NCBI GenBank assembly: GCA_009928985.1
Contig: SABL01000002.1
Coordinates: forward strand, 1-61,927
From: Clostridia bacterium
GTDB taxonomy: Bacteria > Bacillota > Clostridia > Saccharofermentanales > UBA5734
DNA: 61,927 nt
Direction: 5' to 3'
The notes beneath the pieces are model-generated. The model ran no database searches. It was not told the DNA's origin and saw only the letters and a list, made by a program, of their open reading frames with translations. Positions 1 through 10,368 of this stretch are shown in pieces (positions within the stretch are counted from its first letter, which is position 1; each line of letters opens with the position of its first letter). The position numbers were made by a program, and so were the translations under genes.

Positions 1-318
1 GAGGCAGGGACTGCAGTCGCTCCAGGTGTGCCTGCCCCGCAGCCGTCCAGCTTGCCGGTCCAAGCTGGCCCTGGGATCCGCAGCGTGGTGCCCCAGCTCA
101 TCCGGCGTGACCTGGCCCCGGAAACCATCCGGCTGGCTTTCCGCCCGGCCCGGGTCTACCGGGCTGCCTGCATCTGCCTGCGCGACGACAAAGGGCAGCT
201 TGTTCTGAAAAGCCAGCGCCGGATCCTCACTCCGGGCGAAGAAGCCCGCCTGGAAATCCCGGCCAGCCACTGGCCCGATGGCGCGACTGGCCACTGGCAG
301 CTCTCGATTGAGGTGTAA
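1..318 (+). CDS. 3' end of a CDS entering from upstream (5'-truncated by the window edge); possibly the FAD/NAD(P)-dependent oxidoreductase that commonly precedes DUF1667 genes
   Basis: Frame 1 is open from base 1 to TAA at 316-318. That stop lies 1 nt before the ATG of the DUF1667 gene. No motif was recognised in the visible residues, so the product is inferred from synteny only. Confidence 0.35.
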   Translation, partial: EAGTAVAPGVPAPQPSSLPVQAGPGIRSVVPQLIRRDLAPETIRLAFRPARVYRAACICLRDDKGQLVLKSQRRILTPGEEARLEIPASHWPDGATGHWQLSIEV

Positions 319-319
319 T

Positions 320-730
320 ATGGAAAAATCAAACACCGCTGACAAAAAATCCCCGGATGCCACGGCATCTTTGGACATCAGCACTTCCATAACCTGCACC
401 GGTTGCCCGATGGGGTGCCAGGTCACCGTTTCCCGCGGTCCTGACGGCAACTGGCAGTTTTCCGGAGCCCAATGTCCGCGCGGTGATCGCCACGCCCGCC
501 AGGAAATCACCAACCCGGTCCGTCCCCTGACCACCCTCATCCCTATCCGGGGCAGCCAAACACCCCTCAGTGTCAAGACCAGCGAGCCCGTTCCCAAAGC
601 CCTCCTTTGGGACATGATCACCCTTATCCATCGACTGGACCTTGCATGCCCCATTCACATCGGCGACATCCTCGCCGAAAACCTCCTGGGCACTGGCATT
701 ACGCTGATTGCGACGAGAAATTTAAAATAG
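320..730 (+). CDS. DUF1667 domain-containing protein (small Cys-rich subunit typical of clostridial glycerol-3-P dehydrogenase-like operons)
   Basis: ATG at 320 (MEKSNTADKK...). It carries CTGCPMGC and CPRG Cys motifs and ends ...GITLIATRNLK, as I remember for DUF1667 proteins. Confidence 0.8.
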   Translation: MEKSNTADKKSPDATASLDISTSITCTGCPMGCQVTVSRGPDGNWQFSGAQCPRGDRHARQEITNPVRPLTTLIPIRGSQTPLSVKTSEPVPKALLWDMITLIHRLDLACPIHIGDILAENLLGTGITLIATRNLK

Positions 731-807
731 GGACCCCGTCCGTTATACGGCATTTATGCAAAAAACGGGCGATTTCTGTATATTTGCCGTATAACGGACG
801 GGGTCCC
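730..807. repeat. Perfect 23-bp inverted repeat with a 32-nt loop; copy A of a dispersed GTATAACGGAC palindromic element
   Basis: GGGACCCCGTCCGTTATACGGCA (730-752) is the exact reverse complement of TGCCGTATAACGGACGGGGTCCC (785-807). A related copy lies at 52471-52613. Confidence 0.85.
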
Positions 808-817
808 TGCGGATCAA

Positions 818-845
818 AATAGCCGGGCGGATTGGCCCGGCTATT
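818..845. terminator. Hairpin between convergent genes, probably a bidirectional terminator
   Basis: AATAGCCGGGC-GGATTG-GCCCGGCTATT: a GC-rich stem flanked by A/T. It lies between the DUF1667 (+) and comFB-like (-) 3' ends. Confidence 0.55.
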
Positions 846-874
846 AGCATGCAAATTTTGTGTTGTGTATTGAC

Positions 875-1147
875 TTACGTCAAATCATGCTGGGGATTGC
901 TGCCGACCAAAACACATGCTTGTGTGATGGCAGCAAAAAGATCGGCTTGGTTTTGTGGCAGCGTCTGATCGATGCTGGCCATCATTTCGCCTTTTTCTGT
1001 CACCACATAATGGCTGGGCAAAGTGTTCAGGACCAGTGCTTGAATATCAAGCTGGCATTTTTCGCAAGTACAGACATCCATCTGGGGCAGCAACTCTGCC
1101 AGTTGCTGTCTGACTACGGACTCCATTTGGTTTTTTAAAACATGCAT
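875..1147 (-). CDS. ComFB-family (late competence development protein ComFB-like) small protein
   Basis: 90 aa with the CTCEKC Cys cluster and the ...LNTLPSHYV... block typical of ComFB. Confidence 0.7.
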   Translation of the reverse strand: MHVLKNQMESVVRQQLAELLPQMDVCTCEKCQLDIQALVLNTLPSHYVVTEKGEMMASIDQTLPQNQADLFAAITQACVLVGSNPQHDLT

Positions 1148-1270
1148 CCTTCAACGACTCTCTTTCAAAATTCTGAATATTGAATTTGTTAAAAACAATC
1201 GTATCAGATGTCATATTCTAAGGCTAGGTGTGATGTACGAGAGGTATTTTGCACAAGCACAGCAAGAAAC

Positions 1271-1744
1271 TCATTTCACGACTTCATACGGCCAGCTCGT
1301 GATACCTCCGAGATCGTAGATCGTGGTGTAGCCAAGCTCTGCCAGTTGTTCTGCGGCCAGGGCCGACCGCCGGCCGCTGCGGCAATAGACGACGAGCGGG
1401 ATTGACTTGTCTGTGGGCAGTTCTTCCGTGCGATCCAGAAGCTCCTCGACCGCCAGCTGTTGGGCTCCCTCGATATGGCCTTCGGCAAATTCCGCTTCAG
1501 TCCTGACATCGAGCAGAACAGCCTGGGGTTGGTCCTTGAGGATGGCCAGGGCTTCGTCCGCAGTGACTTTTTTGATCGTGGCGGCCTGGGCAGCTTCGTT
1601 TGAAACGGAAGAAGCAGCTGTGGCTGGTACAGTCGTTGTTGGCGCGGCAGTGGCCGGGGCCTGGGCACAACCGGCTAACAGGCCCAAAGCCAGTGTCAGG
1701 ATCAGGACGATCATCAAGATCGATCGAATGTTCACAAATTTCAT
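1271..1744 (-). CDS. Rhodanese-like domain lipoprotein (sulfurtransferase fold)
   Basis: Signal peptide with lipobox LLAGC. The rhodanese active-site loop reads VVYCRSGRRS. LLDVRTEAEFAEGHIEGA is also present. Confidence 0.85.
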   Translation of the reverse strand: MKFVNIRSILMIVLILTLALGLLAGCAQAPATAAPTTTVPATAASSVSNEAAQAATIKKVTADEALAILKDQPQAVLLDVRTEAEFAEGHIEGAQQLAVEELLDRTEELPTDKSIPLVVYCRSGRRSALAAEQLAELGYTTIYDLGGITSWPYEVVK

Positions 1745-1799
1745 GGGTGTCCTCCTAGAGCTAATGACTTACAGTATAGCCCGGGCCGCGACGAAAACC

Positions 1800-1843
1800 T
1801 GTGACAGGATTACACATGGACAGATCCTGACATGTGATATAAT
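1800..1843 (+). promoter_or_regulatory. Candidate promoter of the Crp/Fnr gene: extended -10 (TGATATAAT, 1835-1843) with a TGTGA...ACACA palindrome (1800-1816) centred about 41-42 nt upstream of the expected TSS
   Basis: The sequence TGTGACAGGATTACACA is followed 18 nt later by TGATATAAT. A second inverted pair, CAGGAT/ATCCTG, overlaps it. Confidence 0.35.
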
Positions 1844-1899
1844 GCATTCAATTATGTCCTTTCCAGACGAGTCCTACAGATGACAGCAGGAGTGAATGG

Positions 1900-2574
1900 A
1901 TGCTGAGCAAAGAGCAAATCCAGCGTCTGGACCGGCTTTTCCCGGTCCTGACCAAATTGAATACCAAGGACCGGGACATCTTGTTTTCGGCCGGCCAGAT
2001 TGCTGAACTGCCCGACGAACAGATGTTGATGCAGCAGAGCCATCAGTGCCAGTTTGTGCCCTTTGTCCTGAGCGGCGTACTGCGCATCTACAAATTATCG
2101 CCCAATGGCCGCGAGATGACTTTGTACCGGACCTTGATGGGTGAGACCTGCCTGGCTTCGATTGCCTGTCAGCTGACTGGTGACGAGTTCCCGGCCATGG
2201 CCCAGGTTGAGGAAGCCGCAGAGCTGTTCATGGTTCCATCCAAGGTCTATCACGAAATCCTTGACAAGCAGCTGGCCTGGAAAGATTTTCTGATCAATTC
2301 GATGTATTCGCACTTGATCGAGACCATGCAGACCTTGGAAGCGGTGGCTTTTGACCGGACAGACAATCGCCTGGTCCACTGGCTGCTGGAACAGACCCAT
2401 GACAAGCCGGGCACGATCCGCTACACACACGAGGCAATTGCCGTCGAGCTGGGTACCGCCCGCGAGGTCGTCTCGCGCCTGCTGGGTGAACTGAAAGCGG
2501 AAGGGGCTGTCCAGCTGGGCCGTGGCCGGATCGAGGTCATCAGCCCGGCACGGTTGAAACAAATGCTCGAATAA
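1900..2574 (+). CDS. Crp/Fnr family transcriptional regulator
   Basis: cNMP-binding-like N-terminal domain and a C-terminal HTH (THEAIAVELGTAREVVSRLLGELKAEG). An AGGAG RBS precedes the ATG. Confidence 0.9.
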   Translation: MLSKEQIQRLDRLFPVLTKLNTKDRDILFSAGQIAELPDEQMLMQQSHQCQFVPFVLSGVLRIYKLSPNGREMTLYRTLMGETCLASIACQLTGDEFPAMAQVEEAAELFMVPSKVYHEILDKQLAWKDFLINSMYSHLIETMQTLEAVAFDRTDNRLVHWLLEQTHDKPGTIRYTHEAIAVELGTAREVVSRLLGELKAEGAVQLGRGRIEVISPARLKQMLE

Positions 2575-2638
2575 TCACAAGGTGTCGCCCCGGGTATGGA
2601 AATTCACCCCTCCGGGAATATGGACACCCCCCCATTTA

Positions 2639-2647
2639 TGCTATAAT
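2639..2647 (+). promoter_or_regulatory. Extended -10 element (TGCTATAAT) upstream of the decarboxylase gene
   Basis: Exact TGnTATAAT match 37 nt upstream of the ATG at 2684. Confidence 0.4.
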
Positions 2648-2683
2648 CCGTTTGCATCTTTTAACGGACAGGAGTGATGCCAT

Positions 2684-4180
2684 ATGGCAGAGGTACGTGC
2701 CCGCCGCGGCACAATGAAAAGCAGGCATGCCAGAGCGCCCCTCTATGAGGCCCTGGAACAATATTCGCAGAAGGACATCGTCCATTTCGATGTCCCCGGA
2801 CATAAAAAGCGCCTGCGCTCCGGTCTTGGCGAGTATTTTGGTGAAAAGATCATCCGGCTCGATGCCAATTCGACCCGTGAACTGGATATGTTGTCCAATC
2901 CGGACGGCATCATTTTTGAAGCAGAGCAGCTGCTGGCTGAGGCGTATGATGCCGATTATGCCTTCATGCTGGTCAATGGTTCGACCTTCGGAATCCAGGC
3001 CATGATCATGACAGCCTGCGGACCCAAGGACAAGATCATCATGCCGCGAAATGTCCACAAATCGGCGATCAACGCCGTCATCCTGAGCGGTGCGATCCCG
3101 ATTTTCATCGAACCGGAAGTCAACCTCGAATACGGCATCGCCAACGGGGTCTCCTATGAGCGTGTCAAGAAAGCAGTGTTTGACAATCCGGATGCCAAAG
3201 CCCTGTTCATGATCAATCCGACCTATTACGGCGTCGTATCCGACCTGCAGGCGATTATCAAGCTCTGCCGCCGTCACCACATCATGGTCCTGGTGGATGA
3301 GGCCCATGGAGCCCATTTCCCGTTCCATCCAGATTTTCCGGACAATGCCTCGACCCTCTACGCGGACATGGCGACAGTCAGCTTGCACAAAACCGGCGGC
3401 TCGCTGACCCAAAGTTCCGTTTTGCTCCTGAATGAGCGCGAGATCAGCTATAGCCAGGTCCGCACGACGATCAACCTGATGCAGACAACGAGCGCATCTT
3501 ACCTTCTCATGGCCAGTCTTGACCTGGCCCGCCGCAATCTCGTGCTCAACGGTCAGGAGATCTATGAGGATATCCTCAACATCGTCGAAAAGGCCAAGGT
3601 TGAAATTGCCGCCATGCCGGGCCTGCATGTGATCACCAGTGACGATGTCGATGGCCACGGCATCTACGACTACGATGAAACGAAAATTGTCATCCGGGTC
3701 AATGACCTCGGCCTGACGGGCTTCGAAGTGTATGACATCATGAAGAATGAGTTTGGCATCCAGCTCGAGCTGGCCGAGACCTACGTGGTCCTGGCTGTGG
3801 TCGGAATCGGTGATGACCAGCAGACGGTCAACCAGCTGGTTGCTGGCCTCAGGACCATTTCCCACCGCTATGCCGGCCAGAACAAACCCCTCAAACTCGA
3901 GCAGATCGAATGGATGACCGAGCGCCCGATGTCGGTTGTTTCTCCACGCGATGCCTACTACAGCCCGAAACGGATCATCCCGATCAAAGATGCCGTCGGT
4001 GAAATCTGCGCCGAGTCCCTGATGATCTACCCGCCGGGCATCCCGCTGGTGATTCCGGGTGAGAAACTGACCCAGCGCATCATTGACCATTACATGTTCT
4101 ATCGCGAACAAAAGTGCAACATCGTTAACAATGCCGAGGATCCTGACCTGATCCAGGTTTTGGGTGAAGCAAACGACTGA
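2684..4180 (+). CDS. PLP-dependent Orn/Lys/Arg decarboxylase family protein (Bacillus SpeA/YaaO type)
   Basis: 498 aa. FDVPGHK block and PLP-lysine block SLHKTGGSLTQSS. An AGGAG RBS lies 9 nt upstream. Confidence 0.88.
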   Translation: MAEVRARRGTMKSRHARAPLYEALEQYSQKDIVHFDVPGHKKRLRSGLGEYFGEKIIRLDANSTRELDMLSNPDGIIFEAEQLLAEAYDADYAFMLVNGSTFGIQAMIMTACGPKDKIIMPRNVHKSAINAVILSGAIPIFIEPEVNLEYGIANGVSYERVKKAVFDNPDAKALFMINPTYYGVVSDLQAIIKLCRRHHIMVLVDEAHGAHFPFHPDFPDNASTLYADMATVSLHKTGGSLTQSSVLLLNEREISYSQVRTTINLMQTTSASYLLMASLDLARRNLVLNGQEIYEDILNIVEKAKVEIAAMPGLHVITSDDVDGHGIYDYDETKIVIRVNDLGLTGFEVYDIMKNEFGIQLELAETYVVLAVVGIGDDQQTVNQLVAGLRTISHRYAGQNKPLKLEQIEWMTERPMSVVSPRDAYYSPKRIIPIKDAVGEICAESLMIYPPGIPLVIPGEKLTQRIIDHYMFYREQKCNIVNNAEDPDLIQVLGEAND

Positions 4181-4548
4181 TGGACCTTTCAGTTTCAGAA
4201 TTGACCTGGCTTTTGAAATGGATCGTCCGCACCCTTTCTGTGCTGGCGGTCCTTTACGTTGTCACTTGGCTGCTATTGCGCATTTTGACGCGACTGGCCC
4301 GACGCAAGGCTGCCCAGACCGACCTGGATTTAATCGGGCAGGAAGCCCGCGTGATCCGGACCATCCGGCCTGGGCATAGCGGCCGGATCCTGTGCACAGC
4401 CGAGGGCAAGGCAGTCCAGCTTCATGCCAGCAGCAACCAGCGCCTGGAAACCGGTACCCTGGTCTTGATCACCGCGCTGGATCGCGGCGTCGCCCGGACC
4501 ATCGCCAGGGAAACGCCCGCACCACCCTCAGGGGCGAGTTCCTCGTGA
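4180..4548 (+). CDS. NfeD-like membrane protein (N-terminal TM plus C-terminal OB-fold)
   Basis: The ATG overlaps the upstream stop (TGATG). There is a hydrophobic N-terminus. The block LIGQEARVIRTIRPGHSGRIL...GTLVLITALDRGVA resembles the NfeD C-terminal domain. Confidence 0.6.
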   Translation: MDLSVSELTWLLKWIVRTLSVLAVLYVVTWLLLRILTRLARRKAAQTDLDLIGQEARVIRTIRPGHSGRILCTAEGKAVQLHASSNQRLETGTLVLITALDRGVARTIARETPAPPSGASSS

Positions 4549-6380
4549 AGGAGCCTCTGCACACCGTTTTTGCGAGCGATCATCCCCGCCCACACGTAGC
4601 CCTGGTCACGCTCAACGCCCAGTTCGCCCATTCCAGCCTGGCTCTGCGCCAGCTGCGCCAGTGGGCCGTTGCCCAAGGCTACCCAGCTCACCAGCTGACC
4701 CTCCATGAATGGACGATCAATGATCAGCCGTCTCAGCTGCTCCAGCGACTCTATGAGCTGGACGCGGATCTGTACGCGTTTTCCTGTTCGATCTGGAATC
4801 GCCGCCTGACCGAACGCCTGTCGGATGAACTGGCCCAGGTCCGGCCTGGTGCCACGATCCTCTGGGGTGGTCCCGAAGCCAGCCAGGATGCTACAGCCAT
4901 TCTACTGGGCCACCCTGCTGTCAGTGCGATCCTGGCCGGCGAAGGCGAACAGCCTTTTGCCGCCTTTCTGGCCGCTTTTTCCAGCCCCGGTTTTGACCCG
5001 GAAACCATCTCCGGACTGGTCTTCCGGGACGAAGAAGGACAGGTCCGGCACAATCCGCCACCCCCCTTGCTGTCCGCGCAAGAGTGGCTTTTCCCTTACA
5101 CCGATCATGAACTATGCCAGCTCAAAGACCGCCTGCTCTATTTCGAGACGTCACGTGGCTGCCCCTATGGCTGCACCTATTGCCTGTCATCTCTCGACAA
5201 GACAGTCCGGCTGGCCTCGCTTGAGTGGGTCGAGGCGGCTTTTTCCCGCCTGATCGCTGCCGACCTGCGTCAAGTCAAGCTGGTCGACCGCACGTTCAAT
5301 ATCCAGCCGGCCCGGGCCCGGGCGATCTGGCACTTTTTGATCGAGCGCCACCGGCAGCAACCGTTCAGGACGAATTTCCATTTTGAAATCATGGCCGACC
5401 GGCTCGACCCCGATGACCTTGAACTGCTGGCTACCGCCCCGCCCGGCCTGATCCAGTTCGAAATCGGCGTCCAGACCACGACGCCCGCTGTTTTGGAAGC
5501 AATCCACCGTCCCTGCGACTGGCCGCGCCTTCAGGACACAGTCCTTCAGCTGCGCCATCAGGCGGCGATCCACCTCCACCTGGATTTGATCGCCGGACTG
5601 CCATCGGAGACACCGCAACAATTTGCCCGCTCTTTCAATGACGTTTTTTTGTTGCAGCCTCATGACCTGCAGCTGGGATTCCTCAAAGTCCTGCCTGGCA
5701 GCCCGATGGCGCACCAGGCTGTTTCACTGGGATTCAAATGGTCCCAGGAACCGCCCTACGAAATCCTGGCTTCTGACGCCATGACCTTTGGCGACCTGGC
5801 CCAGCTCAAAGACATCGAAACCGTTCTCGACCTGTACTTCAACAGCGGCAAGTATGCGGTCAGTCTGCCCTGGCTGGCGGGCCATTTCCCAGGCTGCAGC
5901 CTTTCTCCCTATGCGTTTTTCCAGGCTCTGGCCGCAGCCTATCGCTCAGCCGGCTGGTTCGACCTCAAGACCAGCCCGGTCTCGCGGGCCAGATTCCTGC
6001 TTGATTTCGGACTGGCTCACCTGGCACCGGCAGAGCAGGTTGTCTTCCTATCCCGGCTCAAGCTGGACTATTTGCTTCAGGGAGCCAAGGACCAGCCTGA
6101 ATTTCTTGATACCCTGGAAAATCGCACCGGAGAGGACAGCCGCCAACTGCTCAAAAGCGTGCGCGAACAGGTCCGGGATTTGTACCCGCGCCTGAACCGG
6201 TTCCGGAGCGAACAGTATGTACTTGACAAGCCCGTCCCACTTCCCGCCGTGAAAAGCATGTACAAAACCCGGATACCGGAAAATAGTCTGGCCCAGATCT
6301 TGCCGGCAGGAAACTGTGTGGCTGCTTTCGATCTTCAAGGACCGCAGCCAGTCCTCATTTATGCGCAAAAACTGGACTAA
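4545..6380 (+). CDS. B12-binding-domain radical SAM protein with a DUF4080-like C-terminus
   Basis: An in-frame GTG at 4545 overlaps the NfeD stop (GTGA). Radical SAM motif SRGCPYGCTYC. The N-terminal VALVTLNAQF... is typical of B12-binding rSAMs. The longer ORF from 4392 would overlap the NfeD gene. Confidence 0.82.
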   Translation: MKEPLHTVFASDHPRPHVALVTLNAQFAHSSLALRQLRQWAVAQGYPAHQLTLHEWTINDQPSQLLQRLYELDADLYAFSCSIWNRRLTERLSDELAQVRPGATILWGGPEASQDATAILLGHPAVSAILAGEGEQPFAAFLAAFSSPGFDPETISGLVFRDEEGQVRHNPPPPLLSAQEWLFPYTDHELCQLKDRLLYFETSRGCPYGCTYCLSSLDKTVRLASLEWVEAAFSRLIAADLRQVKLVDRTFNIQPARARAIWHFLIERHRQQPFRTNFHFEIMADRLDPDDLELLATAPPGLIQFEIGVQTTTPAVLEAIHRPCDWPRLQDTVLQLRHQAAIHLHLDLIAGLPSETPQQFARSFNDVFLLQPHDLQLGFLKVLPGSPMAHQAVSLGFKWSQEPPYEILASDAMTFGDLAQLKDIETVLDLYFNSGKYAVSLPWLAGHFPGCSLSPYAFFQALAAAYRSAGWFDLKTSPVSRARFLLDFGLAHLAPAEQVVFLSRLKLDYLLQGAKDQPEFLDTLENRTGEDSRQLLKSVREQVRDLYPRLNRFRSEQYVLDKPVPLPAVKSMYKTRIPENSLAQILPAGNCVAAFDLQGPQPVLIYAQKLD

Positions 6381-6436
6381 ATAGCGCGTAATTCTTGCGT
6401 GAAACGACAATTTTATCTTATACTGTTCTTGCAAGA

Positions 6437-6471
6437 GCCGCGGTCTGACTTGCCAGCCGCGGCGATTTTTT
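6437..6471 (+). terminator. Rho-independent terminator after the radical SAM gene
   Basis: GCCGCGG-N13-CCGCGGC followed by GATTTTTT. Confidence 0.55.
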
Positions 6472-6484
6472 AAGGAGGATCCTT

Positions 6485-7831
6485 ATGCTTCATTTTGACT
6501 ACAGCAACGCCCTGGGCTTTCTGCGCCAGGAAGAATTGGACTACATCGCACCCCAGGTCACCGTCGCCCATGTCCAGCTGCACCAGAAAAGCGGCCCCGG
6601 GAACGACTACCTCGGGTGGGTCGACCTGCCGGCCAAGTATGACAAAACGGAATTTGCCCGTATCCGCAAAGCTGCCGCCAAGATTCGCAAGGACTCCGAC
6701 GTCCTGATCGTCATCGGCATCGGCGGCTCCTATCTCGGCGCCCGAGCCGCGATCGAACTGCTGACCCACTCGTTTAATAATCTGCTCTCCAAACGCCAGC
6801 GCAAAGGACCACAGATCATTTTTGCCGGCAATTCCATCAGCTCGACCTATCTGGCCGACCTGTTTGACTTGCTCGAGGGCAAGGATGTCTCAGTCAATGT
6901 CATCTCCAAGTCCGGCACGACCACTGAGCCGGCGATCGCTTTCCGGATTTTCAAAGCCTACATGGAAGAGAAATACGGCAAAGAAGGTGCCCGCTCCCGC
7001 ATCTATGCCACGACCGACCAGGCCCGTGGTGCACTCAAAGGCCTCGCTGACGGTGAAGGATATGAGACCTTCGTCGTGCCGGATGACGTTGGTGGCCGCT
7101 ACTCGATCCTGACCGCTGTCGGCCTGTTGCCGATCGCTGCTGCCGGTGTGGACATCCGTGAGCTTATGAACGGGGCCAAGGACGCCATGAAGGAGTTCCG
7201 CAACCCGGAACTTTCCGAAAATGCCTGCTACCAGTATGCTGCCGCACGCAATGTCCTGCTCCGCAAAGGGTACAACATTGAAATCATGGTCAATTACGAG
7301 CCCAGCCTGCACTTTTTCACCGAATGGTGGAAACAACTGTTCGGCGAGAGCGAAGGCAAGGATGGCAAAGGGATTTTCCCGGCTGGTGTCGACAATTCGA
7401 CCGACCTGCACTCGATGGGCCAGTATGTCCAGGATGGCCAGCGCCAACTCTTCGAGACCCTGATCGATGTCGCTAAGCCGCGTCGCAGCGTCGAGATCCC
7501 CCGTGATCCGCAAAACCTGGATGGCCTCAACTTCCTCTCGGGCCTCGACATGGACGAAGTCAACCACAAGGCGGCCCAGGGCACGGTCCTGGCCCATGTT
7601 GACGGCGGCGTGCCCAATTTCCGGATCGTCGCCCCGGAACTTGATGCGTACAACCTCGGCCAGCTGGTCTATTTCTTCGAAAAAGCCTGCGGCATCAGCG
7701 GCTACCTCCTGGCGGTCAATCCCTTTGACCAGCCCGGTGTCGAAGACTACAAAAAGAACATGTATGCCCTGCTCGGAAAACCGGGCTTTGAAGCGCGCAA
7801 GGCAGAACTCGAAGCGCGCCTGAAAGGATAA
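6485..7831 (+). CDS. pgi: Glucose-6-phosphate isomerase (short Firmicute type)
   Basis: 448 aa with [12 protein letters not shown] and ...[14 protein letters not shown]... AAGGAGG RBS. Confidence 0.95.
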   Translation: MLHFDYSNALGFLRQEELDYIAPQVTVAHVQLHQKSGPGNDYLGWVDLPAKYDKTEFARIRKAAAKIRKDSDVLIVIGIGGSYLGARAAIELLTHSFNNLLSKRQRKGPQIIFAGNSISSTYLADLFDLLEGKDVSVNVISKSGTTTEPAIAFRIFKAYMEEKYGKEGARSRIYATTDQARGALKGLADGEGYETFVVPDDVGGRYSILTAVGLLPIAAAGVDIRELMNGAKDAMKEFRNPELSENACYQYAAARNVLLRKGYNIEIMVNYEPSLHFFTEWWKQLFGESEGKDGKGIFPAGVDNSTDLHSMGQYVQDGQRQLFETLIDVAKPRRSVEIPRDPQNLDGLNFLSGLDMDEVNHKAAQGTVLAHVDGGVPNFRIVAPELDAYNLGQLVYFFEKACGISGYLLAVNPFDQPGVEDYKKNMYALLGKPGFEARKAELEARLKG

Positions 7832-7842
7832 GTACACCCTTC

Positions 7843-9709
<1,867 letters not shown>

Positions 9710-9717
<8 letters not shown>

Positions 9718-10363
9718 GACCTTCATCATCCGCCTGCGTTTCTCGCGCCAGGAACCGGCAATCTGGCTGGCCCATCTCGACATGATGCGCACCTTTGAAC
9801 GCTCGATCCGCCGGGCTGATCTGCCGATCTGCTGGTCCCAGGGCTACAATCCGCGCCCGCAGATGACCTTTGCCCTGCCGATCAGTGTCGGTCTCGCCAC
9901 TGCCGGCGACTATCTCGATATTTCCCTGACGGAAGATCTCGATCCTGCCGAGCTGATGGACCGGCTGAATCGTTGCTTGCCGACTGGATTTGCGATTCTT
10001 GCCGCCAGCCGGGTTGCTCCGGTCAAAGCCAGTTTGATGAGCCTGGTCCGGGCCGCAGAATACCGGCTGGAAACACCAGGGCTGGCGGAAGCGGTCGCCC
10101 GGATTGCCAATACCCAGCCCCTGGTGGTCGAAAAATTCAGCAAGGGCAAAATGGTTGATGTGGACATCCGCCCCCTGATCGAAAAGATCCAGCTCAAAGG
10201 GCCGGACTGCCTCGAGATGCGGGTCAAAGCTGGCAGTTCAGCGAATCTGCGCCCAGACCTTTTCCTCAAAGCCCTGGAAACCTACGGTGAATTGCCAGCA
10301 GCGGCTGCTGCCGACTGCGCAGTCACCCGCCTTGCTCTGATCCTCGATTCGGACAGCCTGTAA
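9710..10363 (+). CDS. TIGR03936/DUF2344 radical SAM-associated protein
   Basis: ATG at 9710 with a GGAGG RBS, overlapping the upstream stop (ATGAGTGA). Blocks RLRFSR..., LAHLDMMRTFERSIRRADLP and GYNPRPQMTFALP. Confidence 0.8.
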
Positions 10364-10368
10364 GAACC

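Noticed and set aside
2636-4111. 491-aa ORF on the minus strand antisense to the PLP decarboxylase. Similar long antisense ORFs occur at 13815-14828, 16227-17762, 19263-20174, 25652-26962, 33442-34383, 37879-39480 and 56046-57398.
   Set aside because: In each case the opposite strand encodes a protein with unmistakable family motifs (decarboxylase, valS, fba, TPR, htpG, purL/sigI, tsaD). The antisense translations are low-complexity (D/G/V/A/R-rich) with no recognisable motif and no RBS. This is the expected stop-codon-poor shadow frame of GC-rich coding DNA.
4392-4544. Upstream extension of the radical SAM ORF (the track ORF starts at 4392).
   Set aside because: The extension would overlap most of the NfeD-like gene in another frame and is Arg/Pro/Gly-rich. 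An in-frame GTG at 4545 overlaps the NfeD stop, and the conserved rSAM N-terminus starts right after it.
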